The notes beneath the pieces are model-generated. The model worked only from the letters and a program-made list of their open reading frames with translations. It was not told the DNA's origin and searched no databases. Position numbers and translations under genes: made by a program. Positions 7,727 to 15,079 of a DNA stretch of 15,730 bases are shown here, piece after piece; positions within the stretch are counted from its first letter, which is position 1; each line of letters begins with the position of its first letter. Location of the stretch: IMG/VR virus record IMGVR_UViG_2563366867_000010; one strand, written 5' to 3'. The stretch is from a virus. Taxonomy: Duplodnaviria; Heunggongvirae; Uroviricota; Caudoviricetes.

Positions 7727-7921
7727 ATGAATAATTGCGTTGAAGTACTCGATAATGTCCACTGCGAGATAACAGAAAGCCTGTCTTTGTTACAGGTGAT
7801 TATTGACAGCGGTGATATTGGTTCACCAGATGCGCTAAACATGATGAATTGTCTTTTCCGCTCATTATCCTGTACAGCAGACAAAGCAGAAAAGCATCTG
7901 TGCCGGACTGAAAACGAATAA
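7727..7921 (+). CDS. Small acidic protein, paralog family member 3
   Basis: 64 aa with GGAG 10 nt upstream. Aligns by eye with 6761..6952 and 6949..7149. Confidence 0.6.
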   Translation: MNNCVEVLDNVHCEITESLSLLQVIIDSGDIGSPDALNMMNCLFRSLSCTADKAEKHLCRTENE

Positions 7922-8189
7922 CATTATTTAAGAACAGTAATTAATTTACAGCTTTATTGTCGGGGATTTTTACAACCTGAAAAGGCCAGGCTGTATCACA
8001 GATATATCGCAACAAACGAATTGCTGAGCCACATCTTCTGGCTGCGCTCAGAGTGAATAAAAGTAATTAACACCGGATGAACACGGAGTAACCATGAAAG
8101 AAGAACCTGAAATCATTGAAATTAATTCTGAAGAATTCACAGAAAACGAATGACTGACAGAAACCGATCCGCGCGTTCTGGCGCTGACA

Positions 8190-8654
8190 ATGGAAGGATA
8201 CATCGTATTTCCACCTTTCTTCAGTGATGCGGAATACAGTGCAATAAATAATGCCGGAATCGACCGTGCTTTTCATAAATACGAACTCGATTGCGGCCCT
8301 GTTTACAGAGTCTGCCGCCACGGACAAGTTAAGAAATGCTTCACGCGAAAAACGGCCATCATACATCTCGCTCATTTTATGACAACGAAGGTATTCGAAA
8401 GTTCAGGTTTTGAAAAACGTCTGCCTGACCAGCGCCTGATGCATCCGGAATATGGAGAAGTCTTTCATCCGGGAGAAATTACGCCCGAATACTACAGAGC
8501 TCACGGGCGTTGTTTTTATCGCCTGTTGCGCATCCTTGCACGCAGAAAACAGTTTGATGCCTGGATGGAAAAATACAACGCCTGGATTGATCAGTATTGC
8601 CGGCTTGTCGCGCAAAGACCATTTAAGAAGAGAGCAAACCATGACTGCAACTGA
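8190..8654 (+). CDS. Hypothetical Cys/His-containing protein; may be the remnant of a longer gene starting at 8094
   Basis: 154-aa ORF with CGPVYRVCRHGQVKKC and several His. No Shine-Dalgarno before ATG 8190, but a well-placed GGAG precedes an in-frame ATG at 8094, separated from this ORF only by TGA at 8151..8153. Confidence 0.5.
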   Translation: MEGYIVFPPFFSDAEYSAINNAGIDRAFHKYELDCGPVYRVCRHGQVKKCFTRKTAIIHLAHFMTTKVFESSGFEKRLPDQRLMHPEYGEVFHPGEITPEYYRAHGRCFYRLLRILARRKQFDAWMEKYNAWIDQYCRLVAQRPFKKRANHDCN

Positions 8655-9225
8655 ACAGTTATTTTTTCTTACCGCTGAAGGTATCCACACACCTTACGGA
8701 CTGCTTGATATCAACAAAGCACTGGAAATGCTCGATGAAGGCTGTTTTGACGAGCCGATCTGGCATGGTCTGGAAATAGTGTGTTGCATCAGTGAAGCAG
8801 AAGAAAAAGGCATGACAGGTGAGCTCGCGCCGGAAAAGACAATCATGTACTGGCGCTGGCTTTATACCGCCATGTTCTTCTCTGAACAGCTCACCAGAAA
8901 CGGCTGGACCGAAGTGCTTAACGAGAATGGCGGTACAGACAAGGGCACCATGTACAGAGGCCACAACGGTGGCATGACAATCTACCTGAAACCATTACGT
9001 CTCGCTATGCAGAACTATATGGAATGGGCACTCATAGAAACTTACGGAGCGGAATCAGGGCTGCTCAAAAGCATTCTTATGTACAAAGCATTCACCGGCG
9101 CTCTGGGCGACGGCGAAAAAACCGGCATCACAATGGAAGGTTACAGAGCGATGCACATGATTCTGGATGGGCTTATCAGTGAAGCCACTGACAACTCAGA
9201 ACCGGAAACCAGAGTGTTCCACTAA
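8641..9225 (+). CDS. Hypothetical protein
   Basis: 194 aa from ATG 8641, which overlaps the end of the preceding ORF by 14 bp. The ORF-track start at 8452 would overlap the upstream gene by about 200 bp and is judged an over-extension. Confidence 0.55.
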   Translation: MTATEQLFFLTAEGIHTPYGLLDINKALEMLDEGCFDEPIWHGLEIVCCISEAEEKGMTGELAPEKTIMYWRWLYTAMFFSEQLTRNGWTEVLNENGGTDKGTMYRGHNGGMTIYLKPLRLAMQNYMEWALIETYGAESGLLKSILMYKAFTGALGDGEKTGITMEGYRAMHMILDGLISEATDNSEPETRVFH

Positions 9226-9245
9226 TCAGCTTTTCGTGAGGTGTA

Positions 9246-10115
9246 ATGATGAAAAAATCAACTGAACTTGTGCCGGTGGCAGCCCGTGATTTGCAAATTA
9301 TCGAATATCGCGGTCAACGCGTTGTGACCACTGAACAACTGGCGGCAGGTTATGGAGCAACACCAATCCGTATTCGCCAGAATCATTCCCGAAACGAAGA
9401 ACGATTCGTTGTTGGAAAGCATTATTTTTTGCTGGAAGGCGATGAACTACGTGAACTTAAGCACAGAGTATCTCAAAGCTACTCTGTGAAAATTGCCAGC
9501 AATGTTCGATCCCTCATCCTCTGGACCGAACGCGGCGCAGCCAACCACGCAAAATTGCTGGAAACGGATCAGGCGTGGAACTATCACGAAGACCTTGTGG
9601 AGTTCTACTTCACTCAGCGGGAAAACATCGATGTTCAGCGCGTACTCACTCGCAAGGAACTCGCGTTGATGGTTATTGAGGCCGAAGAACGGGCTGAAGC
9701 TATGGCCCTGGAAAATAAAACGCTCTCTGCAACCGTAGACAGTCTGGAAAAACATTTCTCTAAAGGCATGACTGTTCCCCAGTTCTGCCGTGCGCTGAAC
9801 GGCGTAAATACCAGCCAGATAATGTGGTGGCTGTCTGGCCGAAAATGGGTATTCAACGAACAACGCGATCCGGAGAAAACACCCCGCTGGCGCACGGCCT
9901 CTTATGCCCGTGACAGATACCTGACCGAAGAAGCAGTACAGATCACTCCACACGGGAAAGCAACATTCACGAAATTCACCCCCGTATTGCTGGAAAAAGG
10001 ATGCCACCGTTTATACCAGTTTTACATGAACGGTGAACTCCCTATGAAGAAAAACTGGAACGGTGAATTTAAACACGACAAAGCTATTTACACACCGGAG
10101 GCAGAACATGAATAG
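9246..10115 (+). CDS. ORF6N/KilA-N-type DNA-binding domain protein, antirepressor-like
   Basis: N-terminal LQIIEYRGQRVVTTEQLAAGYGATPIRIRQNHSRNEERFVVGKHYFLLEGDELRELK looks like the ORF6N domain found at the N-terminus of phage antirepressors, recalled from memory. The central region looks coiled-coil (EAEERAEAMALENKTLSATVDSLEK). Confidence 0.6.
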   Translation: MMKKSTELVPVAARDLQIIEYRGQRVVTTEQLAAGYGATPIRIRQNHSRNEERFVVGKHYFLLEGDELRELKHRVSQSYSVKIASNVRSLILWTERGAANHAKLLETDQAWNYHEDLVEFYFTQRENIDVQRVLTRKELALMVIEAEERAEAMALENKTLSATVDSLEKHFSKGMTVPQFCRALNGVNTSQIMWWLSGRKWVFNEQRDPEKTPRWRTASYARDRYLTEEAVQITPHGKATFTKFTPVLLEKGCHRLYQFYMNGELPMKKNWNGEFKHDKAIYTPEAEHE

Positions 10116-10470
10116 CACTACTGCGGCAATCATGAACTACGACCCGAACATGACATTATGCGGCCGCATGGCAAGACAGACGGTTCGTCTGACACTCGGG
10201 CAATGGGAGTACCGCGAAACATTTGAAGTGGACGTTGTCGGCAATCTGACGGGGCTGGATGTAATAACCTGCGCAATTGAAAACCTTTATGAAGAGCTGC
10301 CGTATGAAGAAGCACAGGATGAATATACCGGTGAAACTAACATTATGGCCACAATACAGATCGGTGATCTTGCATGTACGGATGAGGACATGCTCGGCGA
10401 AGCATGGCTGGCAGGTATGCTTATTGCAGCAGAAATTATCAGCATTGAACCAGCAGGAACACTTTCATAA
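10108..10470 (+). CDS. Hypothetical acidic protein
   Basis: 120 aa from ATG 10108 with GGAGG 8 nt upstream. Overlaps the preceding stop by 8 bp. Confidence 0.55.
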   Translation: MNSTTAAIMNYDPNMTLCGRMARQTVRLTLGQWEYRETFEVDVVGNLTGLDVITCAIENLYEELPYEEAQDEYTGETNIMATIQIGDLACTDEDMLGEAWLAGMLIAAEIISIEPAGTLS

Positions 10471-10486
10471 CGGAGATCGCCATCAG

Positions 10487-10711
10487 ATGATTATTTCATT
10501 CACCGATTACGGCGAACAGGCAAAACTGATTATCACCAGTTCCCGCCTGACATTGCGAAAACATAATCGTGTCGTTGATGCGGTACTTCTGTGCACGCCG
10601 GACATCACAGAAAGCCGGAGCGGCTTTTTCCTGGTTAAGTCGTCATTATCAGGAAAAACACGCGACATCCTGCGCGCCTACAAAACAGCAACAAGGGAGT
10701 CTGAACGATGA
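10487..10711 (+). CDS. Hypothetical small protein
   Basis: 74 aa from ATG 10487 with GGAG 11 nt upstream. Its stop overlaps the next start (ATGA). Confidence 0.5.
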   Translation: MIISFTDYGEQAKLIITSSRLTLRKHNRVVDAVLLCTPDITESRSGFFLVKSSLSGKTRDILRAYKTATRESER

Positions 10712-11070
10712 AAGAAGCTGATCTGAAAGCACTGCGTGACGCCGCACAAAATACCGTATATGGAGACAAGGGATGTGATCTGGAAGCATTTCACTCCCTT
10801 GCCACTCCGCCAGTTATCCTTGCGCTAATCAGTCACATAGAAAATCTGGAGAAAAAACTGGATGAAATCGTAACGTCAGAGATTAGCCCGAAGGCCTGGC
10901 TGAATAACCTTACGGGGGAAGTTTGCAGTATTGATGCCATGCCTGACGCCCGTAATGACAGAGAAACATACACCCCGCTTTATCCTGCCTGGCAGCGCAT
11001 TGCCGCCGCAGATGATAACGGCAGAGTGGCATGGATGTATACGCACAAAAAAGCAGGTTACAGGGTCTAA
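10708..11070 (+). CDS. 5' fragment of an early-left phage gene interrupted by IS4 (possibly Ea22-like; truncated 120-aa product)
   Basis: AGGGAG 8 nt upstream of ATG 10708. The reading frame runs into the IS4 left end, whose first three bases (TAA, 11068..11070) supply the stop codon. The same frame resumes immediately after the right target duplication. Confidence 0.6.
   Translation: MKEADLKALRDAAQNTVYGDKGCDLEAFHSLATPPVILALISHIENLEKKLDEIVTSEISPKAWLNNLTGEVCSIDAMPDARNDRETYTPLYPAWQRIAAADDNGRVAWMYTHKKAGYRV
11056..11067. repeat. Target-site duplication, left copy (GGTTACAGGGTC)
   Basis: An identical 12-mer flanks the IS4 on the other side at 12494..12505. Confidence 0.85.
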
Positions 11071-12493
11071 TGCCAGTCAGTTAAGCAACTGACTGGCTCT
11101 TTTTCGGGGCTGTGGGGTATTTCCAGGGCCTCTCCTTTACCACTCTCGGGAAGGCCCTTTCCCTTCTTGTCGGTAATTTCACAAGTTGTCCCATACTTGC
11201 AAGATCGCGCATCAGCTCCGGTATACGTCCCGGTGAAGCGCCCTGCAATGTCATCAGCATTCTCATCACCATTCCGCATGATTCTGAGAAACTCAGTTGA
11301 TTCGGCCAGTAACCTTTCAGATGTTCCGCCATTTTAATCATCTGATATCTCACCAGATTATAAGCCAGTAAGACACCCCACAGCTCTTGCTCCACAAGCT
11401 CCGGCTTTTTACTTCTCAGCGTCAGCCTGCTCCGTTGCATCGTCTGTTTTATCTCCCTGTATCCCAGTTCGATTTCCCAGCGATGACTGTACAGATCCCC
11501 CATTTCTCCTCCGGGGAAGCGCATGGCGTCCGTCATCGACGTCAGCAGATGGCAGACTTTTCCTTTGCGCGTCACGGTCAGCAGGCGGGCAGTCACTTCA
11601 TTTCCCAGTCCCGGCCACTTTTTTCGTGCCTGCGGGCTGGTTTTCAGCTTCACCAGATGATCGCCTTTACCCAGTTTTCTGATCTCTTCATATTGCGCTC
11701 CCTTTCTGAGAGGTATCATCCAGTGGCGGTGTTCTCCCGCCAGGCTCCAGGCATTTAACAGTCCCAGTGAGTAATAACCTTTATCCATTAACGTCAGAGT
11801 GTTATCGCCGGTTTGTTCTATAAGTTGCTCAGCAAGCTCATTTTCGCTGTTCTTCATCGTGCCGAAGGCTGCAGCCGTCAGCAGATGGCTGGTCAGTTCC
11901 ATCTGGCAGACCATTTTGACCTGCGGGTAGAGCGCCGGGTTCCCGGCATGTGTCTGGCGGGGGAAGGCTGCATCGTTCTCTGGTGTATCCGGTGTGCGCC
12001 AGAACACACCATCGATGGCCAGCAGGGTCAGGCCGCACCAGTGCGGATGCGGCGTGGCGTTATGCCAGAGCTGCGCTGTTTTCGTGAACACGCGGCGGAC
12101 AGCCTCACTTCCCAGGCGCTGGCGGGCCTGAATAACGGCACTGGGGGCAACGAAGGGGCGATTGCCCGGCAGCATGATGTCCAGGCGATTCACAATCTGG
12201 TGAAGAGGTTCTTTACGCTCAAGCGCCATGCCAACAATACACCAGACCATCATTTCGAGGGGAAGACGGCGCTTGCGTAGCGTTACAGTACCTGATTCGG
12301 CAAGGCAACGAGAGATGAGTTCGGGGTCGAGGTAATCCCCCAGAGAAGTCAGTGGGTTACGCAGAGAATCGTAACGGGATACCAGATCAAGAGCCTGTCC
12401 AATGTGCATAAAAAAATCCGGAAACAAGTGAGCGTTTCCGGATTCTTACACAGCCACTGGATCGGTCAACTGATCCTTAACTGATCGGCATTA
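11068..12493. mobile_element. Insertion sequence IS4, complete copy (1426 bp)
   Basis: Terminal inverted repeats TAATGCCAGTCAGTTAAG (11068..11085) and rc TAATGCCGATCAGTTAAG (12476..12493). A single transposase ORF fills the element. Flanked by a 12-bp direct repeat. Confidence 0.9.
11081..12409 (-). CDS. insG: IS4 transposase (DDE, IS4 family)
   Basis: 442-aa translation beginning [40 protein letters not shown].. matches the IS4 transposase as I recall it. The ORF-track start at 12427 is a TTG; the true ATG is at 12409. Confidence 0.9.
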   Translation of the reverse strand: MHIGQALDLVSRYDSLRNPLTSLGDYLDPELISRCLAESGTVTLRKRRLPLEMMVWCIVGMALERKEPLHQIVNRLDIMLPGNRPFVAPSAVIQARQRLGSEAVRRVFTKTAQLWHNATPHPHWCGLTLLAIDGVFWRTPDTPENDAAFPRQTHAGNPALYPQVKMVCQMELTSHLLTAAAFGTMKNSENELAEQLIEQTGDNTLTLMDKGYYSLGLLNAWSLAGEHRHWMIPLRKGAQYEEIRKLGKGDHLVKLKTSPQARKKWPGLGNEVTARLLTVTRKGKVCHLLTSMTDAMRFPGGEMGDLYSHRWEIELGYREIKQTMQRSRLTLRSKKPELVEQELWGVLLAYNLVRYQMIKMAEHLKGYWPNQLSFSESCGMVMRMLMTLQGASPGRIPELMRDLASMGQLVKLPTRRERAFPRVVKERPWKYPTAPKKSQSVA

Positions 12494-12505
12494 GGTTACA
12501 GGGTC
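12494..12505. repeat. Target-site duplication, right copy (GGTTACAGGGTC)
   Basis: Identical to 11056..11067 and directly abuts the IS4 right inverted repeat. Confidence 0.85.
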
Positions 12506-12511
12506 CCCACA

Positions 12512-13048
12512 ATGACATCGTGGGAAAGTCTTGCAGAAGAGCGGGGAGGCTCTCTGGATAAATATATCGTCAGTCCACTATTCACTGTTCCTCAGATACC
12601 GCCAGTGAGAACAGAACAGGATGCTTACCCTGATGTGCAGGTTTCATGGGATGCAACACGTCACTATGTCAACGGCTGGAACGCCTGCCGACAGGCAATG
12701 CTGACGACGGCAGAAAAAGTACTTGATGTGCGAATCCCTGAATATATCGGACGCTGGCTTTCCGCTGCACTTCATGATCAGAACTCATGCGAGGAAATGA
12801 AAAACGATATACGACGCTTCCTGGCTGAATACCACCATGTTCCATCGAAATATAACGGCTGGCGACTTGTACCGGACAAGTTAACCGAACAGATGAAGTA
12901 CCGGATTGTGCCACTACTGGCGACCATCAAGCCCCGCAGCGTCGATGAATATGACCGCTCAGGAGAAAACGCACAATTTCTTGAATGGGTATGGACGCAA
13001 CTGATGGAAGCCACGAAATTCGCGTATGAGGGCTCAGTGAATGGGTGA
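12512..13048 (+). CDS. 3' fragment of the IS4-interrupted early-left gene (178-aa ORF from an internal ATG)
   Basis: After conceptual removal of IS4 and one duplication copy, this ORF is in frame with 10708..11067 (..KKAGYRV-PT-MTSWESLAEE..). Whether the internal ATG 12512 is used is unknown. Confidence 0.55.
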   Translation: MTSWESLAEERGGSLDKYIVSPLFTVPQIPPVRTEQDAYPDVQVSWDATRHYVNGWNACRQAMLTTAEKVLDVRIPEYIGRWLSAALHDQNSCEEMKNDIRRFLAEYHHVPSKYNGWRLVPDKLTEQMKYRIVPLLATIKPRSVDEYDRSGENAQFLEWVWTQLMEATKFAYEGSVNG

Positions 13049-13283
13049 AATGGTTGATATTAACGATGAACTGGTCCGCACAGTAATTACCGTTGATGAC
13101 GGATGCGACCATACCCAGCGTTTTATCTGGATGATGAATACACGGCGTAATATCAGAAACAAAGTGTTCCGGCACGAACCAAAGCCAGTCAGGGTGACAA
13201 AGATACGCATTGAAGCCAGAAAACGCCGCAAATACAGGCCACGGAAGGCCTGGGCCCCAGCGCAACCGGATGAACTGGCATAA
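13041..13283 (+). CDS. Hypothetical protein with basic C-terminus
   Basis: 80 aa with GAGGG 8 nt upstream. Start overlaps the preceding stop. The C-terminus is Arg/Lys-rich (KIRIEARKRRKYRPRKAW). Confidence 0.5.
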   Translation: MGEMVDINDELVRTVITVDDGCDHTQRFIWMMNTRRNIRNKVFRHEPKPVRVTKIRIEARKRRKYRPRKAWAPAQPDELA

Positions 13284-13303
13284 AGACAGCAGGAGAATAA
13301 GTC

Positions 13304-13450
13304 GTGAATCGCGAGTTTGAAATATGGATACGACTCAGATACGGGTACCGATACGATTTAACCAGAGATGCTCACGGCTTCTACTGCCGTGAAGTTGTAA
13401 AGCGAATGTTTGACGTGTGGTGCCACTGCCGTGGCCTGAAGATAGTGTGA
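13304..13450 (+). CDS. Possible small protein (48 aa, GTG start)
   Basis: Not in the ORF track. AGGAGA 7 nt upstream of GTG 13304. Contains four Cys (C..C..CHC). Ends 7 nt before the excisionase start. Confidence 0.3.
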   Translation: MNREFEIWIRLRYGYRYDLTRDAHGFYCREVVKRMFDVWCHCRGLKIV

Positions 13451-13457
13451 GTCAGGA

Positions 13458-13712
13458 ATGGAAACAATCATCTATCAGATAACGCCCAGCAAATGGTGCA
13501 CAGAAAGAACCCTTATTGCTGCAACTGGACTGAAATCAGGAACCATTGCCAGAGCAAGAAAAAAATCCTGGTTACTGGGGAAAGAATACCGTCATTACGC
13601 AGCAGAAGGAGAGCCCGGGCCTTTCAGTGAATGTGTATACAACATTGAGGAAATTATGCGCTGGATCGAAAACCAGAAACAACCAGGTGCCAAAAATGCA
13701 AGTTCCGGTTAA
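13458..13712 (+). CDS. xis: Excisionase-like protein (lambda Xis-type winged helix)
   Basis: 84 aa immediately upstream of the integrase. The pattern ITPSKWCTERTLIAATGLKSGTIARARKK..GKEYRH parallels lambda Xis (LTLQEWNARQRRPRSLETVRRWVRE..GREYLF). Confidence 0.7.
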   Translation: METIIYQITPSKWCTERTLIAATGLKSGTIARARKKSWLLGKEYRHYAAEGEPGPFSECVYNIEEIMRWIENQKQPGAKNASSG

Positions 13713-13745
13713 CCTGTTAATGCTCCTGGACGTCTGGGAGGTTTA

Positions 13746-15035
13746 ATGAGTAACGCATCATACCCGACAGGCGTTGAAAACCATGGCGGATCACTCCGCA
13801 TATGGTTTCACTATAACGGCAAACGTGTCAGAGAAAACCTCGGTGTTCCTGACACCGCCAAAAACCGGAAGATCGCAGGTGAACTTCGCACTTCCGTTTG
13901 TTTTGCAATAAGAATGGGGAGCTTCGACTACGCCGCGCAGTTCCCTAATTCCCCTAACCTGAAACATTTTGGTCTGGGAAAAAAAGAGATAACCATTAAG
14001 GCACTTTCGGAAAAATGGCTTGAGCTTAAGAAAATGGAAATAACAACAAATGCCATGGTCAGATACAAATCAGCTATCCGAAATTGCCTTGACTGCCTTG
14101 GAGGGAACAAACTGGCATCATCAATTACACAGGAAGATGTTCTCATTTTTCGTAAAGAATTATTAACGGGATATCAGTTGCCAAGAAAAATTCAGAGGAA
14201 GCCTATTAAAGGTCGTAGTGTACCTACTGTAAATAGCTATATGACAATTATCTCCGGGATGTTCCGTTTTGCGGCAAACAATGGGTATATAGGCAAAAAC
14301 CCTTTCAGTGAGCTTCCATCACTGAAAAGAGCGAAAACACCTCCCGATCCACTAACAAAAGATGAGTTTGCCAGACTGATTGATGCGTGCCACCACCAGC
14401 AAACTAAAAATTTCTGGTCGCTGGCTGTATATACCGGGATGCGGCATGGCGAACTGTGTGGGCTGGCATGGGAGGATATCGATCTGGAAGCGGGTACCTT
14501 GACCGTCAAAAGGAATTACACTCAGACAAAGGAATTTACACTACCCAAAACAGATGCAGGAACAAACAGGGTAATACAACTCATACAGCCAGCAATTGAC
14601 GTATTAAAAAATCAGGCGACATTAACCAGGCTTGGTAAACAATATCAGATAGAAGTAAAGCTGCGAGAGTATGGCCGGACAAGCACTCACTCATGCAGCT
14701 TTGTTTTCAATCCTCAGATATTAGATCGCACAGGTAACTCAGGAGTTCATTATGCCGTAACATCCATCAACAGAACATGGGAATCTGCATTAAAACGAGC
14801 AAAAATTCGCCATAGAAAAGCGTATCAGTCTCGGCATACTTATGCTTGCTGGGCTTTAACTGCCGGAGCAAATCCAAACTTCATAGCCAACCAGATGGGA
14901 CATGCGAATGCCCAGATGGTTTACAATGTTTACGGTGCATGGATGAAAGACAATAACCAGTCCCAGGTAGAAGTACTAAACAGAAAGCTATGTACTTATG
15001 TCCCACAGGTGCCCCAACGACTAAACAAAGCATAG
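13746..15035 (+). CDS. int: Tyrosine recombinase / phage integrase (lambda Int family)
   Basis: 429 aa with GGAGG upstream. C-terminal catalytic-domain signatures: R in YTGMRHGELCGLAWEDID, H..R in SRHTYACWALTAGANP, GHANAQMVYNVYGAWM with the presumed catalytic Tyr. Lies next to xis at the prophage end. Confidence 0.9.
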   Translation: MSNASYPTGVENHGGSLRIWFHYNGKRVRENLGVPDTAKNRKIAGELRTSVCFAIRMGSFDYAAQFPNSPNLKHFGLGKKEITIKALSEKWLELKKMEITTNAMVRYKSAIRNCLDCLGGNKLASSITQEDVLIFRKELLTGYQLPRKIQRKPIKGRSVPTVNSYMTIISGMFRFAANNGYIGKNPFSELPSLKRAKTPPDPLTKDEFARLIDACHHQQTKNFWSLAVYTGMRHGELCGLAWEDIDLEAGTLTVKRNYTQTKEFTLPKTDAGTNRVIQLIQPAIDVLKNQATLTRLGKQYQIEVKLREYGRTSTHSCSFVFNPQILDRTGNSGVHYAVTSINRTWESALKRAKIRHRKAYQSRHTYACWALTAGANPNFIANQMGHANAQMVYNVYGAWMKDNNQSQVEVLNRKLCTYVPQVPQRLNKA

Positions 15036-15079
15036 AATATATTTTTAAAATCAAATAGTTAATACATAGGTACAAGTAC

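Noticed and set aside
8452-8640. N-terminal 63-codon extension of ORF 8452..9225 that overlaps the 8190..8654 gene in another frame
   Set aside because: It would overlap the upstream gene by about 200 bp. The internal ATG at 8641 gives the usual short overlap with the preceding gene and is the more plausible start. A genuine overlapping gene cannot be fully excluded.
9447-10007. Minus-strand ORFs 9447..10007 and 9635..9895 opposite the antirepressor-like gene
   Set aside because: They are antisense to a plus-strand gene with a recognisable domain and sit inside a uniformly plus-strand operon. Shadow ORFs.
11387-12280. Plus-strand ORFs 11387..11758 and 11813..12280 inside IS4
   Set aside because: They are antisense to the IS4 transposase gene, which fills the element. 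Shadow ORFs.
13546-13746. ORF 13546..13746 (+) overlapping the excisionase gene in another frame
   Set aside because: The excisionase frame has the Xis-like motif and sensible spacing to int. This ORF is an out-of-frame overlap.
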